Of a DNA stretch of 64,000 bases, positions 12,407 through 24,100 are shown in pieces. How positions within the stretch are numbered: the stretch's first letter is position 1; each line of letters opens with the position of its first letter. The notes under the pieces are model-generated. The model saw nothing but the letters and a program-made list of their open reading frames with translations. It searched no databases and had not been told where the DNA came from. The position numbers and the translations under genes were made by a program. This stretch comes from Heptranchias perlo (taxonomy: Eukaryota): the NCBI RefSeq assembly GCF_035084215.1, contig NW_027139272.1, forward strand, positions 372,001-436,000. The letters are read 5' to 3'.

Positions 12407-12951
12407 CCCCAGCCTCACTGACCCTGGACCCAAACACAGCTCATCGTAAGCTCATCCTGTCTGAGGACTGGACCAGTGTGAGACTCGATGACAGAAAATT
12501 ACAGCTTCCCGATAACCCGGAGAGATTCGATTTGTGTCCTTGTGTCCTGGGATCACAGGGATTCACATCAGGGAAACATTACTGGGAGGTGGAGGTCGGG
12601 GACAAGACTCAGTGGGATGTGGGTGTGGCCAGAGAGTCAGTCAACAGGAAGGGAATGATATCACTGGGGCCTAAACGTGGATACTGGACTGTGTGGCTGA
12701 GAAATGGGAATGAATATGGAGCTATTGAAAACCCATTGGTCCCACTGACCCTGAGTGTGAAACTCAGGACCATCGGAGTTTACCTGGACTATGAGGGAGG
12801 ACAGGTGTCATTTTACAATGCTGATGATATGTCCAATCTCTACACTTTCACTCACACATTCACTGAGAAACTCTTTCCTTATTTCTATCCGGGATCGCAC
12901 GATAAGGGTAAAAATACTGCTCCTCTCAAACTGCGTCATTTCAAACTGTAG
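12407..12951 (+). CDS. TRIM exon 6: PRY-SPRY (B30.2) domain
   Basis: tttccccag|CCCCAGCC; [17 protein letters not shown]...[25 protein letters not shown]...[17 protein letters not shown]...FTEKLFPYF; stop TAG at 12949-12951. Confidence 0.93.
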
Positions 12952-14361
12952 CTTCCTAAACTGATGTGTCAGAGTACAGAGAGAATGGGGGCAATATTAA
13001 ACCCCCACGATGGGCGGGAGAGGGCCGGGGTGGGGGGGGTTAAAAATGTAAGATTGCAAAACGCGACCCGAACCCGCTGCATACACGCCGGCCGCCATTT
13101 TTACAGCGGCGGGTTGCGTGGTGAGCCTGTGTCCCGCTCTCGAGAGGTGAGACATCTCATTATTACCGGTACGACCCCCTCCCCCACTTCAAACCCCGAT
13201 CCCTCCTCCCTCCCGATCCCTTCCCCCAATCCCTCCCTCCCGATCCCACCCCCTTTCAACCTGCGATCTCTCCGTCTCTCCCTCCCGATCCCTTCCCCCC
13301 AATCCCTCTCTCCCGATCCCTTCCCCCCAATCCCTTCCCCCCCAATTCCTCCCTCCTGATCCCACCCCCTTTCAACCCGCGATCTCTCCGTCTCTCACTC
13401 CCGATTGCCAGTCCAACTTTCCCTTCCTTCAACCCCTGATCTTTCCCGATTGCCGGGCTCTGTCCCCAGTTGTCCTCTGATGTGGTCTTCTACCGCAGGC
13501 TTTCCCACGGATAAGAGACTGGAATTCCAGAGAGGCTGTTAGACTCTCATTGTATATTGGGAGTAATGTATCACAATATGTGGAAGCTGTACTGTAATCA
13601 CACAAAGACTTTCACAACAAATAAAGAGTTTTAAAAGGAACAGAAAAGGTGCAGAGTGAACCCATCACAGGAGCAGGGGCTGAACTGGTCGGTCAAGGTC
13701 CTGATGTACTGTATTTGGACACAGGCAGCCTGGCATCATTGATGTGTTTCCATTCCCAGTAAATTACAGAGCTGAGCTCCCGGTCGATGGGCTGGGACCC
13801 ATCGTGTGGGGTGAACGAGCGCAGGTCAAATCGGGCAGGGGGCCAATCCCTTTCACACCCGGTCCCCACCGGATTCTGGCTGAGCGACATCTTTAACCAG
13901 GACTTCCATTCGATGCCACTTTGTCCTCCTGAGAAACGGGTGAGAGTCTCGAAAGTCCTGAATGTTTCTCAAGGGATGGGAATGTGCCACGTTCGGAGAT
14001 TTCCCAGTGGCTGCTCGACCATGTAAACTGGGCATTGCTATCCTTCGAGGGATTAGTTCCTCAAAGGAGTTTTGCCCCCTGCAGTGCTTTTGATGCACTG
14101 TTATTTTCCCTTTACCTCTTCTGCACTTTTTTCTGTCATCAATATTCAGAAGTGGGGATTAATCGGGATGATTCCCTTTCGGTCTGTGGTGTTCTGCCCC
14201 GAGGGCAGCTCCGAACTCAAGTCTCACACAGGAGGCTCTTGAACTGCTCACCAGGCAAGAGAAGCTGAGAAGGTTTCCATTTGCCTTCCTCATGGTTCTT
14301 ATCTGCGGAGAACCTTCTCCCAGGTGGGCAGCAACCAAGGCTACAGACCCCACAGGAAACA

Positions 14362-14741
14362 GACACATCTCTCAGGATAGAGTTGCAGGGAACTGACTGA
14401 CACATCTCTCAGGATAGAGTTACAGGGAACAGACACATCTCTCAGGATAGAGTTACAGGGAACTGACTGACACATCTCTCAGGATAGAGTTACAGGGAAC
14501 TGACTGACACATCTCTCAGGATAGGGTGACAGGGAACTGACTGACACATCTCTCAGGATAGAGTTACAGGGAACTGACTGACACATCTCTCAGGATAGAG
14601 TTACAGGGAACTGACTGACACATCTCTCAGGATAGGGTTACAGGGAACTGACTGACACATCTCTCAGGATAGAGTTACAGGGAACTGACTGACACATCTC
14701 TCAGGATAGAGTTACAGGGAACTGACTGACACATCTCTCAG
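14362..14741. repeat. 37-bp minisatellite, about 10 copies
   Basis: (gacacatctctcaggatagagttacagggaactgact)n. Confidence 0.93.
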
Positions 14742-15589
14742 TCAATGGTGAAGATAATTGGACAGGATGTATATCTGCAGCTGATTCACTATTGCTCGAT
14801 TGTTCACTACTGCCCCCAAGGCCAATTTCACCCCCCTCCCCCACCCCGGACTCAATGACCTGACCCCCAGTCAGAGACTCTCACTGGGAATTTCCTCAGG
14901 GCTGCTCCTGAACGTCTGCCGTAACTTCTGTACAATTTCCACTGATCTTACGCTCAAGTTACGTCAACCAATCGGGAGAATCCTCCAGGAAATCCGACCT
15001 CCGACCTGAAACGACGTCGAACTGGAGCAGAGACATTGGTCACACTGATAACATGACACAGTGTTACAGAGTCACCTACAGACTTCACAGGGTTAGTATG
15101 GACACATTTAGCAGGGCAGAAGTCCGTAGGAACTGTTTACATTAGAGGTTTCAATGGGAGGACATGACAGGTAGAGTGATTTAATAATACACTGGCAGAT
15201 ATCCTGTGGTATTGTACACGGTGAGTCACGGCCAAACGTAATCTTCAGGTGAAGCAGAGTTAGAGGGTGGAGGATAATGAGATCTGGGTGAGCAGTTGTA
15301 ATTCAGAGCCTCTTTAAAATCAGAGACTCGGTTGTTATTTTTATAAATGACTTTGATTTGATATTATTACTTGGAGTTAAAGAGGAAAACAAGGGGGACT
15401 TGGGAAGCAGAGAAGTCGAGTTATTTGGAGTTCGGAGTTTCTTTGTATTGCAGGCTGAGATACTATAGCACCCCCACTGGTGGGAGGGTGAAATTACAGC
15501 GTGACTGTTTACATAGGCAGGTTCCATATCATGGAAAACATTGACACAAAAGTGTGACAAAAATGTGACAACAGGAAGTAAGGCTTCCT

Positions 15590-16570
15590 TGACCCACCCT
15601 TGAACCTTCTGTCCTTGCAAATTACCGCCCCATCTCCAACCTCCCTTTCCTCTCCAAAGTCCTTGAACGTGTTGTCGTCTCCCAAATCCAAGCCCACATT
15701 TCCCGCAACTCCATGTTTGAATCCCTCCAATCAGGTTTCCGTCCCTGACACAGTACTGAAATGGCCCTTATCAAAGTCACAAATGACATCCTATGTGACT
15801 GTGACCATGGTAAACTATCCCTCCTCATCCTTCTTAAACTGCTGCATCCTTTGACATGGTTGACCACACCATCCTCCTCCAATGCCTCTCCTTCGTTGTC
15901 CAGTTGGATGGGATTGCCCTCATCTGGTTCCATTCTTATCTATTCAACCTGCAATGGTTTCCTTTCCCACTCCCGCATCATTACTTCTGGAGTCCCCCAA
16001 GGATCTATCCTGGGACCCCGCCCATCTCTCATCTACATGCTGCACCTCGGCGACATCATCCGAAAACACATCATCAGATTCCACATGTGCACTGAGGACA
16101 CTCAGCTCGACCTCCCCATCACCTCTCAACTCCTCCACTGCCTCTGATTTGTCACGCTGCTTGTCTGACATCCAGTATTGGATGAGCAGAAATTTCCTCA
16201 AATTAAATATTGGGAAAAAAGAAGTCATTGTCTTCGGTCTCCGCCACAAACTCCGTTCCCTCGACCCCCGACTCCATCCCTCTCCCTGTCCACTGTCTGA
16301 GGCTGAACCAGACCGTTCGCAACCTTGGCGTCCTATTTGACCCTGAGATGAGCTTCTCACCACATATCCGCTCCATCACCAAGACCGCCTACTTCCACCT
16401 CCGTAACATCGCCCGTCTCCGTCCCTGCCTCAGCCCATCTGCTGCTGAAACCCTCATTCATGCCTTTGTTACCTCCAGACTTGACTATTCCAATGCTCTC
16501 CTGGAGGACCTCCCACCTTCCACCCTCAATATACTTGAGCTCATCCAGAACTCTGCTGCCCGTTCACCCG
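15590..16570 (+). mobile_element. L2 LINE RT fragment
   Basis: ALIKVTNDIL, VDHTILL, SGVPQGSILGP, RNLGVLFD, AYFHLRNIARLRP, LIHAFVTSRLDYSN. Confidence 0.88.
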
Positions 16571-16576
16571 TCATCC

Positions 16577-16875
16577 CACATAAGGAGATGACAGCACAGG
16601 TGACCAAAACCTCAAAGAGGTCGGTTTTAAGGAGCTCCTTGAAGGAGGAGAGAGAGGTAGAGCGGTGGAGAGGTTTAGGGAGGGAATTCCAGAGCTTAGG
16701 GCCTAGGCAGTTGAAGGCACGGGCGCCAATGATGGAGCGATTAAAATCGGGGATGCGCAAGAGGCCAGAATTGGAGGAGTGTAGAGTTCTCGGTGGGTTG
16801 TCGGGCTGGAGGAGGTGATAGGGAGGGGTGAGGCCATGGAGGGATTTGAACACAAGGTTGAAAATTTTAAAACCG
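16577..16875 (-). mobile_element. L2 LINE 3' segment, opposite orientation to the adjacent fragment
   Basis: Minus strand FKSLHGLTPPY...GARAFNCLGPKLWNSLP. Confidence 0.8.
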
Positions 16876-17794
16876 AAACTAACTCCTCTTTTTGCTTCTC
16901 TCTCCTGATTCTCCTTCTATCTTTCTTCCCTCTCCTTTTGGATGGGAGGTGGTTGGTGGCGTCGTGCGGTGACTGAAAGAGCCAGCAACATCTGCCCATT
17001 GCATTTGAGGTGGGGCCGACAGGGAAAATATGGCCCTCAGCTGTTCCCTTCCCATCTCCACCCCAATCACTTGTGTTTCCCTCCCCCCACCATCACATCC
17101 TTCACCCTTTATCTTCCCACAATCCCCTCCCCTTCCAACCACCCCCACTCCCATAACTAACCCCACCTCTTCCCCTTTGAACTATCCACTCAACCTCTGC
17201 CTCCTGTGCCCCCTCCCTTCACTGACACTCACCTCACCCTGAACCCTCCACCCACTCCCCTCCGTCCTTATTTGCTCCCCCAAAACCAGTTGGAGAGAGA
17301 GCCCAGGCCCCCCCCCCCCACTCTTCCTGTTTCCCTCCTCCCCTTCCCTCCCTTCCTCGCTGTTTCCCTCAAACAGACTTTGTTTGCTTTTAAAATTCAA
17401 TAAATCTAATTAGAATGAGGAAAGACTCACCTGTCTTCCTCTCTCTCTCACAGGTGTAAATAAATAGCATTTACCTTTTCTAACAACCAGCACAACAAAG
17501 GTAAGATAATATATTGGTTTTAAAATTCAATTGGTGCATTATTTTATTATGTGGTCGGGTCCAGGCTGGTGTTTATGCTCCACACGAGCCTCCTCCCTCC
17601 TCACTTCCTCTACCCTATCAGGATATCCCTCGATTACTTTCTCCCTCAAAGCTTCTGAAATCATCCTGTAGATTTCTGTAAATAATTTGAACAATAAAGC
17701 TGCTAGAAGCTAAAGGAAAACATCCCATCACCACTGTTTATAGTATCACAGCACAGGAGGAGGCTGCAAGAAAGATGCTTTCTGGACCAAATCG

Positions 17795-17920
17795 AGAACC
17801 AGATCACTGGGACCCTGTCTCGAACCGGATCGTTGGGTCCCTGTCTGGAACTGGATCGTTGGGTCCCTGTCTAGAACTGGATCGTTGGGTCCCTGTCTAG
17901 AACCGGATCGTTGGGTCCTC
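17795..17920. repeat. 26-bp tandem repeat, about 5 copies
   Basis: (gaaccggatcgttgggtccctgtcta)n. Confidence 0.85.
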
Positions 17921-18039
17921 TTTAGAACATGGAGGGAGGAAAAACTCGCATTGAAATCAGGACGGAGCCTCATTATAATCTAATTAAGTCTAACTAGGGG
18001 AAATCACTTTAATTACAGTATTGAAATTAAATCCAATTA

Positions 18040-18508
18040 TAACAACAACTTGCATTGATATAATGCCTTTAACGTCACAAGGTGCTTCACACGAACAATT
18101 ATCAAACAAAATTGGACACAGAGACACATAAAGAGATATTAGGATAGGTGACCAAAAGCTTGGTCAGAGGTCGGTTTTAACGAGTGTCTTAAAGGAGGAG
18201 AGAAAGGTGGAGAGGCGAAGGGCTTTAGGAAGGGAATTCCAGAGCTTAGGGCCGAGGTAGCTGAAGGCACGGCCAGCAATGGTGGAGCAAAGGAAATCAG
18301 GGATGGACAAAAGGCCAAAATCAGAGGAGTGCAGAGATTTCAGAGGGTTGTAGGGCTGGAGGAGGTTACAGAGATAGGGAGGGGCGAGGTCATGGAGGGA
18401 TTTGAAAACAAGGGTGAGAATTTTAAAATCAAGGCGTTGGTGGACTGGAGCCAATGTAGGTCAGTGAGCACAGGGGGTGATGGGAGAACGGGACTTGGTG
18501 CGAGTCAG
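18040..18508 (-). mobile_element. L2 LINE 3' end
   Basis: QRLDFKILTLVFKSLHDLAPPYL...GPKLWNSLP and a (gtt)n tail. Confidence 0.85.
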
Positions 18509-20460
18509 GCGTACCGAAAAATGAGGTACCAACCTGGTGAAGCTACAACTCAGGACTACATGCATGCTAAACAGCGGAAGCAACATGCTATAGACAGAGC
18601 TAAGCGATTCCACAACCAACGGATCAGATCAAAATTCTGCAGTCCTGCCACATCCAGTCATGAATGGTGGTGGGCAATTAAACAGCTAACGGGAGGAGGA
18701 GGCTCTGCAAACATCCCCATCCTCAATGATGGCGGAGTCCAGCACGTGAGTGCAAAAGGCAAGTCTGAAGAGTTTCAGCCAGAAGTGCTGAGTGGATGAT
18801 CCATCTCGGCCTCCTCCTGATATCCCCACCATCACAGAAGCCAGTCTTCAGCCAATTCGATTCACTCCACGTGATATCAAGAAACGGCTGAGTGCACTGG
18901 ATACAGCAAAGGCTATGGGCCCCGACAACATCCCGGCTGTAGTGCTGAACTCTTGTGCTCCAGAACTAGCCGCGCCTCTAGCCAAACTGTTCCAGTACAG
19001 CTACAACACTGGCATCTACCCGACAATGTGGAAAATTGCCCAGGTATGTCCTGTCCACAAAAAGCAGAACAAATCCAATCCGGCCAATTACCGCCCCATC
19101 AGTCTACTCTCAATCATCAGCAAAGTGATGGAAGGTGTCGTCGACAGTGCTATCAAGCAGCACGTATTCATCAATAACCTGCTCACCGATGATCAGTTTG
19201 GGTTCCGCCAGGACCACTCGGCTCCAGACCTCATTACAGCCTTGGTCCAAACATGGACAAAAGAGCTGAATTCCAGAGGTGAGGTGAGAGTGACTGCCCT
19301 TGACATCAAGGCAGCATTTGACCGAGTGTGGCACCAAGGAGCCCAAGTAAAATTGAAGTCAATGGGAATCAGGGGGAAAACTCTCCAGTGGCTGGAATCA
19401 TACCTAGCACAAAGGAAGATGGTAGTGGTTGTTGGAGGCCAATCATCTCAGCCCCAGGGCATTGCTGCAGGAGTCCCTCAGGGCAGTGTCCTAGGCCCAA
19501 CCATCTTCAGCTGCTTCATCAATGACCTTCCCTCCATCATAAGGTCAGAAATGGGGATGTTCACTGACGATTGCACAGTGTTCAGTTCCATTCGCAACCC
19601 GTCAGATAATGAAGCAGTCCGAGCCCGCATGCAGCAAGACCTGGACAACATCCAGCCTTGAGCTCATAAGTGGCAACTAACATTTGTGCCAGACAAGTGC
19701 CAGGCAATGACCATCTCCAACAAGAGAGAATCTAACCACCTCCACTTGACATTCAACGGCATTACCATCGCCGAATCCCCCACCATCAACATCCTGGGGG
19801 TCACCATTGACCAGAAACTTAACTGGACCAGCCACATTAATACTGTGGCTACAAGACCAGGTCAGAGGCTGGGTATTCTGCAGCGAGTGACTCACCTTCT
19901 GACTCCCCAAAGCCTTTCCACCATCTGCAAGGCACAAGTCAGGAGTGTGATGGAATACTCTCCACTTGCCTGGATGAGTGCAGCTCCAACAACGCTCAAG
20001 AAGCTCAACACCATCCAGGACAAAGCAGCCCGCTTGATTGACACCCCATCCACCACCCTAAACATTCACTCCCTTCACCACCAGTGCACAGTGGCTGCAG
20101 TGTGTACCATCCACAGGATGCACTGCAGCAACTCTCCAAGGTTTCTTCGACAGCACCTCCCAAACCTGCGACCTCTACCACCTAGAAGGACAAGGGCAGC
20201 AGGCGCATGGGAACAACACCACCTGCACGTTCCCCTCCAAGTCACACACCATCCCGACTTGGAAATATATCGCCGTTCCTTCATCATCGCTGGGTCAAAA
20301 TCCTGGAACTCCCTTCCTAACAGCACTGTGGGAGAACCGTCACCACACGGACTGCAGCGGTTCAAGAAGGCAGCTCACCACCACCTTCTCAAGGGCAATT
20401 AGGGATGGGCAATAAATGCCGGCCTCGCCAGCGACGCCCACATCCCATGAATGAAATTTT
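18509..20460 (+). mobile_element. CR1-clade LINE (second family), RT domain to 3' end
   Basis: KAMGPDNIP, NYRPISLLSIISK, QFGFR, LDIKAAFDRVWH, GVPQGSVLGP, FTDD; interrupted by a stop at 19659. Confidence 0.9.
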
Positions 20461-20942
20461 TAAAATAATCCTGCCCGCTTTACGATCCTGTCAATTTACG
20501 ATCCTGCCCCAGACCAATTTCGAACCCTGAGTTTCTACAATAAAACAAACATGTCTGTTTGTATAATTAGCTTCATCTTCTCCCTCCCTTTGATAATGTG
20601 CTAACTCATATTGCAGTTCAGCTGTGGGCAACCCTCCAGTACTTTGCTGCAGGTGGCCAGTTTTTGTATGTGAGAATCAGTCGGCTATTCGACTGTAGAA
20701 GATATCACAGCTGATCCTCCTCCTGCAAACAGCTTCTCTACAGTCCAGGGCACTGAGCCCGATTGTTGCCTTGGGAGTGAAGAGCTGAGTGAGCAGAAAG
20801 CCGAGCCCACCAGGTCAGCATGGCGATGTCTTTATCCATGGCCTTCGGGGAAGGTGCGATTTTCGCTTTAATGCAAAAGGCAGATTATGTGCAGTAAACG
20901 TATTTACTAATCGTTATGTGTTGTGTTTCTAATTGTACGCAG

Positions 20943-21195
20943 GAGCTAAAGGACTCAAGCGGAGGTGAGGGTGAATTTTAAACCTTGCCTTCCACATTCT
21001 TACACTGTTTATTTATTTTTACACCCCCCACGGCTTAATATTTCAAACAAACCTGTTAATGAACCATTTCCTCAGGTTCCAGGAAAAGAGAGTAAATGAC
21101 AGACTGTGTGGTGAGCAGTGATCTGGAGTTGGGAGTGTTCAGGGAACCCCTGCAATACACAGTCTGGCAAGAAATGCGACAAATGCTCTCTCCAG
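20943..21195 (+). pseudogene. Second TRIM pseudogene: remnants of the micro-exon (20943-20964) and linker exon (21076-21195)
   Basis: cgcag|GAGCTAAAGGACTCAAGCGGAG|gtgagg is 22 bp, one short of the 23-bp exon. The next exon encodes VVSSDLELGVFREPLQYTVWQEMRQMLSP|gtaaac, homologous to TRIM exon 5. TAA at 21093. Confidence 0.75.
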
Positions 21196-24100
21196 GTAAA
21201 CACCAATAGATAGACCGCAATACACTCTCCCGGTAAACACCGATAGATATACCGCAATACACTCTCCCGGTAAACACCGATAGATATACCGCAATACACT
21301 CTCCCGGTAAACACCGATAGATATACCGCAATACACTCTCCCGGTAAACAATAATAGATATACCGCAATACACTCTCCCGGTAAACACCGATAGATATAC
21401 CGCAATACACTCTCCCGGTAAACACCGATAGATATACCGCAATACACTCTCCCGGTAAACACCGATAGATATACCGCAATACACTCTCCCGGTAAACACC
21501 GATAGATATACCGCAATACACTCTCCCGGTAAACACCGATAGATATACCGCAATACACTCTCCCGGTAAACACCGATAGATATACCGCAATACACTCTAC
21601 CGGTAAACACCGATAGATATACCGCAATACACTCTCCCGGTAAACACCGATAGATATCCCGCAATACACTCTCCCGGTAAACACCGATAGATATACCGCA
21701 ATACACTCTCCCGGTAAACACCGATAGATATACCGCAATACACTCTCCCGGTAAACACCGATAGATATACCGCAATACACTCTCCCGGTAAACACCGATA
21801 GATATACCGCAATACACTCTCCCGGTAAACACCGATAGATATACCGCAATACACTATCCCGGTAAACACCGATAGATATACCGCAATACACTCTCCCGGT
21901 AAACACCGATAGATATACCGCCATACACTCTCCCGGTAAACACCGATAGATATACCGCAATACACTCTCCCGGTAGACACCGATAGATATACCGCAATAC
22001 ACTCTCCCGGTAAACACCGATAGATATACCACAATACACCCTCCTGGTAAACACCGATAGATATACCGCAATACACTCTCCCGGTAAACACCGATAGATA
22101 TACCGCAATACACTCTCCCGGTAAACACCGATAGATATACCGCAATACACTCTCCCGGTAAACACCAATAGATATACCGCAATACACTCTCCCGGTAAAC
22201 ACCAATAGATATACCGCAATACACTCTCCCGGTAAACACCAATAGATATACAGCAATTTACTCTCCCGGTAAACACCAATAGATATACCGCAATACACTC
22301 TCCCGGTAAACACCAATAGATATACCGCAATACACTCTCCCGGTAAACACCAATAGATATACCGCAATACACTCTCCCGGTAAACACCAATAGATATACC
22401 GCAATACACTCTCCCGGTAAACACCAATAGATATACCGCAATGCACTCTCCCGGTAAACACCGATAGATATACCGCAATACACTCTCCCGGTAAACACCA
22501 ATTGAGAAACCGCAATACACTTTCCTAGTACGCACTGATAGATATTCCATAAACCTCTCCCCTGGTAAACACTGGTAGATTTACCATAAACCTCTCCCCT
22601 GGTAAACACTGGTAGATTTACCAAAAACCTCTCCCCTGGTAAACACCAGTAGATTTACCATAAACCTCTCCCCTGGTGAACACTGGTAGATTTACCATAA
22701 ACCTCTAGCCGGGCAAACACCAGTAGATTTACCATAAACCTCTCCCCTGGTGAACACTGGTAGATTTACCATAAACCTCTCCCCTGGTAAACACCAGTAG
22801 ATTTACCATAAACCTCTCCCCTGGTGAACACTGATAGATTTACCCTAATCCCCTCTCTCGGTAAATACCGATAGATTTACCCTAATCCCCTCTCTCAGTA
22901 AACACTGATAGTTTTACTCTAATCCCCTCTCTCGGTAAACACCGATAGATTTACCCTAATCCCCTCTCTCGGTAAACATTGATAGATTTACCCTAATCCC
23001 CTCTCTCGGTAAACACCGATAGATTGACCCTAATCCCCTCTCTCCTGGGAAACAACGATAGATTTACCCCAATCCCCTCTCTCGGTAAACACCGATAGAT
23101 TTACCCTAATCCCCTCTCTCCTGGTAAACACCGATAGATTTACCCTAATCCCCTCTCTCCTGGTAAACACCGATAGATTTACCCCAATCCCCTCTCTCGG
23201 TAAACATCGATAGATTTACCCTAATCCCCTCTCTCCTGGTAAACACCGATAGATTTTACCCTAATCCCCTCTCTCCTGGTAAACACCGATAGATTTACCC
23301 TAATCCCCTCTCTTGGTAAACACCGATAGATTTACCCTATTCCCCTCTCTCCTGGTAAACAACGATAGATTTACCCTAATCCCCTCTCTCCTGGTGAACA
23401 CCGATAGATTTACCCCAATCCCCTCTCTCCTTGTAATCAACGATAGATTTACCCCAATCCCCTCTCACAGTAAACACCGATAGATTTACCCTAATCCCCT
23501 CTCTCCTGGTAAACACCGATAGATTTAACCTAGTCCCCTCTCTCGGTGAACACCGATAGATGTACCCGAATCCCCTCTCTCGGTAAACACCGATAGATTT
23601 ACCCTAATCCCCTCTCCCGGTAAACACCAATAGATATACCGTAATACACTCTCCCGGTAAACACCGATAGATATACCGCAATACACTCTCCCGGTAAACA
23701 CCGATAGATATACCGCAATACACTCACCCGGTAAACACCGATAGATATACCGCAATACACTCTCCCGGTAAACACCAATAGATAGACCGCAATATACTCT
23801 CCCGGTAAACACCAATAGATATAGCGCAATACACTCTCCCGGTAAACACCGATAGATATATCGCAATACACTCTCCCGGTAAACACTGATAGATATACCG
23901 CAATACACTCTCCCGGTAAACACCAATAGATATAACGCAATACACTCTCCCGGTAAACACCGATAGATATACCGCAATACACTCTCCCGGTAAACACCGA
24001 AAGATATACCGCAATACACTCTCCCGGTAAGCACCGATAGATAGACCGCAATACACTCTCCCGGTAAACACCAATATATATACCGCAATACACTCTCCCG

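Larger units (their letters stand above)
960..12951 (+). pseudogene. TRIM gene (RING-Bbox2-coiled coil-PRY/SPRY B30.2; TRIM39/TRIM69/A33-like), 6 exons, one premature stop: recent pseudogene or null allele
   Basis: Exons 960-1415, 4620-4715, 4796-5029, 11127-11149, 11242-11627 and 12407-12951 all have GT-AG boundaries and splice in frame to 1740 nt (580 codons). The only lesion found is TAG at 1032-1034 inside the RING domain. Confidence 0.8.

Noticed and set aside
18792-20402. Active LINE ORF2
   Set aside because: 5'-truncated, lacks the endonuclease, has an internal stop and an altered catalytic motif context (FTDD).
20744-20853. Possible exon 3 remnant of the second TRIM (ctacag...AAG|gtgcga)
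   Set aside because: No convincing coiled-coil homology; no RING/B-box exon for this pseudogene was recognisable either.
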